64,000 nucleotides of DNA. Origin: the human T2T-CHM13v2.0 reference genome, Homo sapiens. The stretch's first letter is position 1; each line of letters begins with the position of its first letter. The notes under the pieces are model-generated. The model did not search any database, was not told the DNA's origin, and saw only the letters and a program-made list of their open reading frames with translations. The position numbers were made by a program, and so were the translations under genes. This document shows positions 52,140 to 64,000 of this stretch, one piece after another. The DNA lies in contig CP068257.2 in NCBI GenBank assembly GCA_009914755.4, positions 32,288,001 through 32,352,000 of the forward strand, given 5' to 3'.

Positions 52140-53985
52140 ACTTGACACATAAAGAACCAGGAAAATGTGATTATTTTTTAAAGGAAAAGGCAATCGATTA
52201 TGTTAATCCTGAGATGGCCCAGATGCTGAAGTTATCAGACAAATACTTTACTTGTTATAACCAAGCCCATGAGGTAAAGGTAAACACCTTAAAATGGAAA
52301 GAAAAAAGTGTTTGGCAAAGAAATAGAAACTATTATAAAAGAATACAATACAACTTTTGAAAATGAAAATTGTAATATCTGAAAAACAAAACTCATTGAA
52401 TGGGCTTAATAGCAGAATGGAGATGGCAGAGGAGTCAGTGAACTTGAAGATGTATCTATAAAAATTATCTGGTCTCAAGGACAGAGAGAAAAAATGATTG
52501 AAAAAAATTAATAGAATCTCAGTGGCCTGTGGTACAAGACCAAAAGGTCTGACATTCTTGTTCTTGTAGCACCAAAAGGAAAGAGAAAAGAGACTGGATT
52601 ATGAAAAAAATATATATTTGAAGAATTAATAGCTGAAAATGTCTTACATTTCGGAAAAACATACATTTGTAGATTTAAGAAGCTCAGCAAGTCTCAAACA
52701 GAATAAACCAAAAGGAAATCATGTCCAGATGCATCACACACTGTTGAAAACCAGATATAATTGAAAAATCTTGAAAGCAGCCAGAAATAAGTAACACATT
52801 ATATATAGGGGAACAAGGATTCATATGACTGAGTATTTCTCACCAGAAACCATGGAGGCTAGAAGACAGTAGAATAACATTTTTAAAGTGCTTAAAGAAA
52901 GGAGCTTTTAACCCAGAATTCTATATTCAGAAAAAATATCCTTCAGGAATGATGGTAAAATAAATACATTCTCAGATTAAGAAAAAGTGAGAGAATTCTT
53001 TGGTATTAAACCTGCTCTAAAATAAATGCTAAAGAGAGTCTTACAGGCTGAAGGTAAATGATACCAGAGGGAAACTTGAAACTTCAGGAATGAAGGAAGA
53101 GCAACAGAAATGGTAAATATTGAGCTAAATAAAATACCCTATTTTTATCCTTTTAAATTCTTTAAATATTTATGGCTGTTGAAGGCAAAAATCATAACAT
53201 TGGTGAGGTTCTCAATGTATATAGATATAAACATATGACAGGTATAACATAAAGGGGGAGGGTAAAAGTATGTATATGTTTGTCAGGCTCCTACATTTTA
53301 CTTTGAATTGGTAAAATAGTAACTTGAAGTAGACTGTAAAACACTAGGAATGCATATTGCAATATCTAGAACAGTCACTATACACACACACACACACACA
53401 AAGAGATATTGCCAAAAAAGGCAACAGATACATTAAAATGAAATACTAAAAACTTTAAGTAATTCAAAAGAAGGCAGGAACAATGGAACAGAACCAAAAC
53501 ACACAGAGGACAAACAGAAACCACATAATACAATAATAGACATAAATTCAACCATACCAATAATTACATTAAATGTAAATGAGCTAAACATACCACTAAA
53601 AAAACAGAGATTGTCAGATTGGATAAAAAAGAAGACTCAAATATAAGCTGTCTACAAAAAGCTAATTTAAATATGACATAGGTTAAAAAAGGAAACAATA
53701 TAAAGCAAATATGATGAAATGATAGAACCAAGTGGTAGATACCTGTGAGTTAATTCTGTTACTTGCTATTATATTCTATATGTTTGAAATATTTATAATA
53801 ATAATAAAAGGTGATTGGATGATTTTTTACATAAATATTCTAGTCCTCTAGGGAGGAAAAAGGAAAGATTGGTTAATAGATACAAGTTACAGTAAGATGG
53901 GAGGGATAAGTTCTAGTGTTCTACGGCATTTTAGGGTGAATATGGTTAACAATAATTAAATGTACATGTTCAAAAAGCTGGAAGA
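52140..53985 (+). mobile_element. Second ancient L1M segment (ORF1 into the ORF2 start), truncated by an Alu
   Basis: It has L1 ORF1-like and ORF2-start-like translations (…ITLNVNELNIPLKKQRLSDWIKKKD). Confidence 0.6.
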
Positions 53986-53987
53986 GA

Positions 53988-54125
53988 GGTTTTTTTTTTT
54001 TTGAGATAGAGTCTTACCCTGTCACCCAGGCTGGAGTGAAGTGGAGTGATCTCAGCTTACTGCAACCTCTGCCTCCTGAGTTTAAGCAATTCTTGTGCCT
54101 CAGCCTCTTGTGCCTCTGCAGCTCT
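53988..54125 (-). mobile_element. Partial Alu
   Basis: It has a poly-T start and an Alu right arm. Confidence 0.8.
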
Positions 54126-54132
54126 GTAGCGA

Positions 54133-54448
54133 TTCTTTTTTTTTTTATTTTTTGAGACAGAGTCTTGCTCTGTTGCCCAGGCTGGAGTGCAGTGGCATGA
54201 TCTTGGCTCACTGCAATCTCCACCTCCTGGGTTCAAGAGATTCCCGTGTCTCAGCCTCCTGAGTAGCTGAGACTGCAGGCTTGCACCACCATGCCTGGCT
54301 AATTTTTTGTATTTCAATAGAGACAGGTTTCACCATGTTGGCCAGGATGGTCTTGATCTCCTGACCTTGTGAGCTCCTGACCTCGTGATCTCCCACCTCG
54401 GCCTCCCAAAGTGCTGGGATTATAGGCATGAGCCACTGTGCTCAGCCT
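54133..54448 (-). mobile_element. Alu
   Basis: It matches the Alu consensus. Confidence 0.9.
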
Positions 54449-55097
54449 AAAAGAGAGGATTTTGATTGTCTGCAACACAAAAAAATGATAAATGTTTGAG
54501 GTGATGGATATGCTAATTACCCTGATTGGATCATTATACATTGTACACATGTATCAAAATATCACTCTGTGTCCCATAAATATGTACAATTATTGCATAT
54601 CAACTAAAAATAAAAAGAATCAATGCCCTTTAGATGGGTATATGAGATCTTTAGATGCCTGGCTCCAGACTGATGTCTCATCTTTTTCCTTCTAGTCCCT
54701 GGTGTGGGGCCAGAGCTTAGGATCTGGAATCAGACTTCTTAAACCCAAATTCTACTTCTTACCTGGTAATCACGTCCAAAGGACTTTAACTTTCTTAAAC
54801 CTCAGAAGACTTCAACAGTAAAATAATTATAACATTGCCTAACTCTAAGGGTTTATTTTGAGGAATAAATGTAATATTGTACCTAAGTAATGGCAAAATG
54901 CTTGGCACATAGGACTTGTTTAACGAACATGAGCTGTTATTAGCTAGACTGATTCACCTGGCTGGAGTCACTGATTCCACTGTAGGTCATCCTAGTTCCC
55001 TGCCTTTTACTACCAACGAAACACAGATTGCAACACATTAATGGCTGGTGAAATCAATAGTTTATTGTGACCAGCATTAAAAAAAAAAATTGTAGGC

Positions 55098-55504
<407 letters not shown>

Positions 55505-56499
55505 TTAGGATAATGATTGTTTCAGTGTGTGGGTATAAAACATATTTATTATTGTGGGTTTTGGCCAAAAGAAGCTTGAGAAACACGGGTTTCCATGATT
55601 CCTTTTGCCTGGAGTACTGAAGCTTAGTGCCGCCCTCCAATGGATTTTCAACAGCCTGTTGGAGCCCCACTTCCTTGAAAAGTTTTCACATGATTTTCTT
55701 TAGCCAGAGTGCAAAACCTGTGGAAGCCATGGGTACGTTTTAAACAAGGGAGTGATGAGATGTGATTTACATTCTAAGAACAGGCGCTCCTGTGAAGAGG
55801 AAGCCTCAGGAGGGAGTGAGAGCAGAAGGGAGCCCACCTGTGGTTGTCTCAGCAACAGCAGAAGAACCTGGGCCGCTGGGAGTGGAGTTGGAGAGAAACA
55901 GGTTGATTTGGAAGTTCTTCTGCAGGTAGAACGGAAAGGCGAATTCTGCAAGATGCTCTGGGGTCCACTGAGCTCAGCTGCTGAGGCTCAGCTCTTTCTG
56001 TGGCTTCTTCTTGAGCAGCCTGTTGACCAAGATGTGGCCCATGCCACTCCCTATATTCGGAGTCCATTTTCTGATGCCCTCTTTCAGCTCTTCGCCTGCA
56101 CTCATCTGTGACTGCCTGGTACTGCTAGGAAGCCTCTGTTTGTGTCTCATCTCTCCAGGTGGACTGGAGCTCCTGGGGGTCCTTTCCTTTGTGGGGGTTC
56201 TCAATATCAGAATGGAGTCGCTTATGTCAAACCCTAACAAAATGGAGGTGGAGGTCACGAATTGGAGCCTATATGCGTGCCTGTAACAGGACTTGTCACA
56301 AGGAATCCCTGCACATATGTGTATGATGGGGACTATGCCAGGAACTCCTCACATATGGAGGATTCGAGGTAAGCCATTTGCTCAAGGACACTTACCCAGC
56401 AATGGCAGCCTCCACTAATGAGACATCGCGAACTCCTGTAATCAATGGTCTTTGTTTCTAAACAGCTTATGTGGAATTCTCCGTTTTTTTGTCTGTAAA

Positions 56500-57700
56500 A
56501 GTTTTCTTTAGCCCCAGTCTCTTTGGATATGCCTATGATTCATCATAGCACATGTTTCCCAGGTTGCAATCCCCTGCAATTCCCAAATAAGCTCCTTTTG
56601 TGGAGATCCTGTCTCTCTCTGTCATTATTTAGGTTGACACCTTTTATGTCCTGCATTGCTGTTGATGACACCCACATTTGTACCTCCTGCTTGAATGTCC
56701 CCTCCCCCAACTCCAAAATTCCTCTCTCTGTCTACCCTGTACCTCTATTTGAACCACTAAGAGGCATCTCAGACTTAAAGTGTCCCAAACTGAGCCCCTG
56801 TGATGCCCCCAGAGCTGCTCCTCCCCACCACCTCCTCCTCAGCAATGGCAGCTTGATTCTTCTTTGGGCTTTATTCAGTCCCCCAACTTTGGAGCTTTCT
56901 TGACCCCTCTCTATTGCTCACATGCCATATTCAATGTGTAGGCAAATCCTTTGGCCCTGCCTTCCAAAGACATGCAGAATCTACTCACTTCTCGCCACCT
57001 CGCTGTCTCACTCTGCGTCAGGCCACCCTGTGTGTCCTTGCACAATTGCGGGAGCCTTGGCTCGAGTCCTCCAGACCTTCTACCTCTTTGACTTCATCTA
57101 GTGCTGCTCCAAGCCCCGTGCTCTTCCTTGGACACACCAGGCATGCTGCCAGCAGAGCCTTTGCATGTGCTGTTCCCTTTGTCGGGAAGCCTTTTCCCCA
57201 GCTATCTGCTCAGCTCATCCGCTGTCTCTTTCGTCCTCGCTCAGATTCCCCTTCTCTGTGAAGCCTTTCTGACCATCCTCATTAAAATCAAATAACCCCA
57301 CCCCTCCACTCTCTTGCCCATTTTCCTCATCCATTTCCCCCTAGGACTAATCACTCTCTAACATTCTCTATATATTTTTCTGATATATTTGTTTATATGT
57401 CTTGCATAAACAAAATGATTTGGTTTATGGTCTATCTCTTCTTGCTAGAATGTGAGCTCTACAAGGGTAGGGATGCTTGCTTATTTTGTCACCGTTGTGT
57501 CCCTGACTCCTAAAATGCTGACGGTGTGGCCAGCTGCATGCCCTGCTGTCTCTATTTTGAAACTCTAACAAAATTTTGGACAAGACCCTCCTCTTTCATT
57601 TTATGCTGGACCTGGAAAATTACAGAGCAGGTTCTGACTTCCAGGCACATGGTACGCATTCAATAAATAATCTCTTGAATGAATGTTGAATGTAGTGGTT
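56500..57700 (+). mobile_element. Ancient LINE-2 (L2) 3' end
   Basis: It has the characteristic L2 3' terminus: ...ctagaatgtgagctctacaagggtagggat...ggcacatggtacgcattcaataaataatctcttgaatgaatg. Confidence 0.6.
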
Positions 57701-58835
57701 TTCAAAGCAGATGGGAGATAAGAGGTTACTGAGTGGTTGACTGAATGGAGGGAGGGCTGATCATTCATTCATTCACGCATTCATTCATTCACTAACATTC
57801 AACAAATATTTACCTGACATCCTTAGGGATTAAATTTCTGTCCACTGATAGTGAACCTCATGCATCATGTTGCACAGTCCATAGATGTGAGGGATTTTAC
57901 GAACACAACACCCTGTGATGTAGGTATGATTGTCTCCACTTCCAGATGAGGATACTGAGAAGTTAAGGCATTGCCTGAGGTCATGTGGCTAGTGGAAGCC
58001 ACAGGCAGGATTATCCCATGGCTGGCCAGGCTGAGCTGTAGGGGCAGCTCCTGTACTCTCAGCCTCCTCCTTCAGAATCCCTCCTCCTCACTCCCCATTC
58101 GTGGGCTGCTTCTCCCAGGATCAGGCAGCCTCTGCCCACCTTTTCTCACTTCACCCTTTCTCCTTGCAGAATTAGAAAGAATCGGCTCCAGCTATTTGTT
58201 TCTTACTGTGGATTTATCCATGTGTCACCTCTCCCAGGCAGAATTACATTCTGAAGGCATCTCTAATTGAGATTGCTCCATGGGGAAGGACTCTTAGGGC
58301 TCAGAAAGCAGGTGGTAAAGCCCTGGAGTGAGGCAGGAACCCCAAAGCCCTATGACACCCCATATAGGTACCCCCAAACCTGCCTATACTTCAGGCCAGG
58401 CCCCCAGTATAGAGATGGAAAAATAGTCCCACTTTTGGTCACAGATTCTGGAAAACTGTGAGATTCTGGGGAAATCCATTTTGAGTAATACCTTTTAGAA
58501 GAAGAAAAAAATGGAAGTAGCTTATCATAGAATGGGTTTTGTTAGACAAAGATGGCAATTCAGGAGGAAACATAAATTTAACAACTCTCAAGTATGCACA
58601 GCTGACATCTCGTAGAGCGGGGCTGGTGACTAAGCCAGAAGTTACTGTCTGCATCCTTTGTAACTTACAAATAAAAATGAGGACCAGACATTAGTTATGA
58701 AATGCATGAACAACCACTGCTCTGGGAGCCACATAAAAAGATGGTGATTCCAAACATTTAACCTTAGCATTTGTCTGTGTGGTTTCATTTGAAAATGATG
58801 GGGTGCTTGAAACTCTCAGAACTTAGAAAACTCTT

Positions 58836-59140
<305 letters not shown>

Positions 59141-59264
59141 TAACAAATATAAGAAATAGATAAAAATATAATACATAATGAATATAATAAACAAATATAA
59201 TAAATATACAAATATATAAATATTGTATTCTATATGTAAACTCATGTATTTTATATATGAATAT

Positions 59265-60037
59265 ATTATATGCATAACATAATATATTGTGTGTGTATTA
59301 TGTGCATAACATAATATATTGTGTGTGTATTATGTGCGTAACATAATATATTGTGTGTATTATGTGCGTAACATAATATATTGTGTGTGTATTATGTGCG
59401 TAGCATAATATATTGTGTGTGTATTATGTGCGTAGCATAATATATTGTGTGTATTTGTGCGTAACATAATATATTGTGTGTGTATTATGTGCGTAACATA
59501 TTGTGTGTGTATTATGTGCGTAACATAATATATTGTGTGTATTATGTGCGTAACATAATATATTGTGTGTGTATTATGTGCGTAACATAATATATTGTGT
59601 GTGTATTATGTGCGTAACATAATATGTTGTGTGTATTATGTGCGTAACATAATATATTGTGTGTATGTGTGTAACATAATATATTGTGTGTATATTATGT
59701 GTGTAACAATATGTTGTCTGTATATTATGTGTGTAACATAATATATTGTGTGTCTATTATGTGTGTAACATAATATATTGTGTGTCTATTATGTGTGTAA
59801 CATAATATATTGTGTGTCTATTATGTGTGTAACATAATATATTGTGTGTCTATTATGTGTGTAACATAATATATTGTGTGTCTATTATGTGTGTAACATA
59901 ATATATTGTGTGTCTATTATGTGTGTAACATAATATATTGTGTGTCTATTATGTGTGTAACATAATATATTGTGTGTCTATTATGTGTGTAACATATATT
60001 GTGTGTCTATTATGTGTGTAACATAATATATTGTATA
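59265..60037. repeat. Minisatellite or VNTR of about 24 copies of a ~32-bp unit (gtaacataatatattgtgtgtgtattatgtgc). There are two variant blocks, with the switch near 59690.
   Basis: Direct reading shows the first block as ...gtattatgtgcgtaacat and the second as ...tctattatgtgtgtaacat. Confidence 0.95.
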
Positions 60038-61605
60038 TACATTTGAAAATATTGTATATATAAAGTATATAACATAAAAATCAGAAATAAACATAAGGAA
60101 TGTAAGTATTGAAATTACATTGTGAGCTTGCTTTTTGTACTCAGACCTTCCCCACAGTGTTAGGATGGTTTCATTGGCAAATAAAAGAAACTGAACCCAA
60201 CCCAGCTTAGGACTTCAGGAAAATTGATTGAATGATTGCTTGATTGCTTCTATGATTGAAAACGCTGCCTCACCTCCAGGCCTCCCTGGCTTGATGCCCA
60301 GAGGGGCAAAAGGAGCTTCTCTTTTCTCCCAGCAGTCACATGTCAAATCCTAGATGAGCTCAGGCTGGCCTTACTTGGACACACGCCCCTCCCTTGGGCC
60401 TTTGACTTAGCAGGAAGGATGGGGGGCTAATTAGCCAGAACTTGAGGGGGCCAGACACTGTGACTGAACCCCCAGAATCAATACCATCAGCTTTGGGGAG
60501 AAGCAGCTCCCAGGAAAAAGAAACAGTAATTGCCTATAATCTTGCTTTTCTTTCCATGCTGACAAGAGACATTTTCCCTGAGACTGACAGAAAGCGCTGT
60601 GTTATAAAGAACTAGTCCTTTCTCTTAGCTGTTTTCATAATTCCAGGTGTTTTCTGTTCCAGTCAAAAGACTCGAGAAAAGAAAAATTTCCCAAGAGAGA
60701 GGATCAACTTCTTCTTTATTTTGGGAACAGTAGCTAAAATGTGGTCTCTGGACCCAGGCTAACCTAGATTTCAACACTGCATCTCCTGTGGAGTGTAGGA
60801 ACTTGGGAATTTAGGTCCAGTTGGCCTTCACTTTCCCTGTTTGCAAAACAGAGATAAAATTATACCCCTCTTAGTTTTATGGTAAGGATTAGATAAAATA
60901 ACACGTATTACCAAATAGCACAGTTCTTGGTAGATTTTCTTTTATTTACTTTCTCCTTCAAATACCCACTGGGTAATTTTTTACCCCTCGAGAAGCCTTG
61001 GAAAAGCAGTGATACTGGATGCATTCCCTTATCTTATCACTTGTCACATTCATTATGCTGAAATCATTCATTTAAGTGTGACTCTCTCTTTTATTTTCCA
61101 TCAGGCGGCAGGTTCCTTGAGATCCAGGGCCATGTGTTATCCGTTTTGATGTCCCCAGTGTCAGACTTAATGCCTGGGAACACAATAGGAATTCAACCAA
61201 TGTGGAGCTGCTGAACTATTGAACCACCAGATAGAGCTTTTGAGGGTGACCGATCGTTATTGCCTTTAGAAAAGCAAGATTGGTGGGTTACACCCACACA
61301 GAGCCAAGTTAGACTATTTTCTGGAATTTGTTTAACCCAGGGTATGTATTTACCTGGACCACAAAGAGAATGTTGATGTGACCAAGTCATCTTATAGGGG
61401 AATGGCAAGGAAGGGAAGAGGCAACAGGGAGTTACATGGCTGGGTTGGAATCTTAACTCTCCCGCCTACTTGCTTGTGGAATCTGAAGCAAGTTTTTTCA
61501 TCTATTTCTACCTCAGTTTTCTGATTTTTAAAATGGTACAATAATACCAACTACATGGGACTATTGGGATAATTAAATGAGACAATGTATTTAAAAAGCC
61601 ACTGC

Positions 61606-62002
<397 letters not shown>

Positions 62003-64000
62003 TTAACTGCTGTAACAAAGGGGCTCCAAAGTACAGTGACTTACCAAGAGAGAAGTTGATCTGTTTCCATGTCACAGTCTGGAGGTCAGCAGGTCAGGGC
62101 TGCTGGGGTAGCTCCACATCCTTAATACGTGCTTTCCATTTCTGTGTCTAAGGAGATACCCTGGTTCTTCTCCTCTCCTTCCAGCAGTGGAAAGGGGGAA
62201 AGGGACTGGGCACAAGGGGTCGATGATACTACCAATTTTTTGAGGGCAAGATCAGGATGTGACCCTCATCACTTCTGCTGGCTTTACCTCGTCACATGAC
62301 CATGGCTACTGCAAGGGAGACTGGGAAATGTAGTCTTTGGCCAGGCAGCCATGTTGCCAGCTAAAATTTATACTACAGAAGTATAGAAAAACAAAAATTG
62401 GGAGACAACCAGCCACCTGCCATAGCCACTTAGGACCTCACGAAAAAAGGCAAGAGTGATAGTTACCTCTCAAAAGGGCTCTTTGCTGGGTTCCCTTGGC
62501 AGCAAGTGCATAGTACAAAGTCTAACTCCCCATGAACCAGAAGGGAATTCAGGAAATGATTCAGGCTCCCTGGCTGACTCAAACACTCAGGATCCTGGAG
62601 AGAAAAGTAGCCATACACCCATTTGGGGCTTGGGGTTTAGTTTATAATAATAATAATGACTTTGGCACAGAAAACTTCCTGAGGGTTAATGAATGACTGG
62701 CTTGGATTAATAGCCCAAATCACTGCTGAAATCTATCAACTCCTTCCAGCTTCATATTAATCTACAGGAAATTCTTTGTATACCGAGCTATTACAGCTTC
62801 AATCTCACAAAATAAAAATGAATGGATGTTTCATTAGAACTTGGAAAAAAACTTGATCACCATTGTGGGTGGCCACCATGCTGTTATTATTTTTTTTCCA
62901 GGCACATTTCCTGCATTTCCTCCGGTTCTCTTTCTGGCTTCAATTTGCTGCAGTGGCAACAGCAGCAGCTGGCCCTCTAGACTAACATCTCCTTGCTATT
63001 TATAATACACTTTGCAATGCTCATTATTTCTTAACTTTGTCTTCCCAGATAGACTGGGAGCTCCATGAGGTCCGAGACAACCTGAAGACGCCCAGCTCAG
63101 CAGAGACTGGCTACGGCAATCACTCAGTAACTATTTGTTGAATTGGACATAATAGAAGAGCTGAAGAATTTTAAACAAGTCACCATCAGTGCAGTGGATT
63201 CCTCAAAGCAAACCTGGAAATCTCGGCATGAGTTGGATTTAAGGCAGTACATTTTCAGCTCCTGAAAATTTGAACAGTTTCTCAAGAGAACAACTTGAAA
63301 CAGAAAGGCAAGGATGTAGATGTGGTTGTAGAAGATGATGTCTGCGGCCACCAAACTGTCCACTGTGAAGACAAACCATGCATGTTTAGTAGGCAGTGGC
63401 TCCTCTTCCCTGTGGGGAGTCCCACTGCTTCCCTGGCCTGGGTGTTCTCTGCCGGTAGATGTTATTGACAAAATAAGCAAAGTCCTCTGATTCTGAGAAT
63501 TAGAGTTAATGATAGCTCTAGATTGCCTCTGCCATGCTATTTAAAGTCCTGCTTTATTGTCTGACATGAGTTCGGCATCTATGAGGACTTGTCCAGTGCA
63601 AAGTACAATCTCCACTGAAAGATATCACCAGCACATCTTGTCACTGTGCTGTAGCAAGCTGGGCAGTACAATGATGTTGGCAGGATCCTGTTTAGGTGGA
63701 GGATGGCCACCTGGGCATCAAGAATCTTCTACCCTGATTCCACATTGACTCCCCAAAGTGGGCTTCAGACAGCTCTTTACTTACGTCTTCTGATTAAAGC
63801 AGCAGACAGGGTCCCAGCTAGAGAAAAGTTCTGGGAGCAGGAGAGGTGTTGGTGGCTTTAAAACCAGGGGTGAAGATTGAATTAGGAGGTTAGGCAGGAG
63901 TAGGATCAAAGACTTAGAAAATGCTTGTTTCCTCCTATTATTCTTATGAGAGCTGATACGGGGCTTTCAGTTTTGGGGGAGAGCCTTGGAAGAGAATGAG

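Noticed and set aside
53383-53400. A (CA)8 run
   Set aside because: It is too short to be a notable microsatellite. It is noted only as simple sequence inside an L1M.
55700-57300. A cluster of plus-strand ORFs (55752-56111, 56523-56903, 56914-57261) that looks like a multi-exon gene
   Set aside because: The region carries the 3' terminus of an ancient L2 element (…ctagaatgtgagctctacaagggtagggat…caataaata…gaatgaatg). The ORFs are Pro/Ser/Leu-rich and low-complexity, with no recognisable protein similarity.

Overview
This is human (primate) nuclear genomic DNA, not a prokaryotic or accessory-type locus. The only protein-coding gene is ATP5PO (ATP5O, ATP synthase OSCP subunit). Its exons 1-5 lie on the minus strand (CDS parts at 9440-9475, 8162-8212, 6000-6110, 2794-2923, 1056-1168). 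Exons 6-7 and the stop codon lie beyond position 1. Exon 1 sits in a CpG-island promoter (~9.1-9.7 kb) with two ZNF143/Staf-type motifs and an NRF-1-like palindrome. This places the window at 21q22.11 in reference orientation.

The other ~54 kb is intergenic or lncRNA-type sequence dominated by interspersed repeats. It holds about 46 Alu copies, many with recognisable target-site duplications (TSDs). It holds a full-length ~6.0 kb L1PA element (19290-25314, minus) with 12-bp TSDs, an intact 338-aa ORF1 and a frameshifted ORF2. It also holds several ancient L1M, L2 and MIR fragments with nested Alus, a hairpin element with inverted-repeat ends, microsatellites, and a ~0.77 kb minisatellite with a 32-bp unit.

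I see no CRISPR array, no operon-like architecture and no defence-system-like gene cluster. Apart from the ATP5PO exons and the L1 ORFs, essentially all six-frame ORFs are Alu-, L1- or L2-derived, or spurious.

Observations most worth a second look:
- A 34-nt exact copy of the 5' end of U2 snRNA bracketed by perfect 15-bp direct repeats, inside a poly(T)-terminated retroposed unit.
- The ZNF143/NRF-1-type promoter architecture of ATP5PO, possibly bidirectional.
- A local tandem duplication that became an Alu insertion nest.
- A two-block VNTR.
- A full-length L1 that keeps an intact ORF1.
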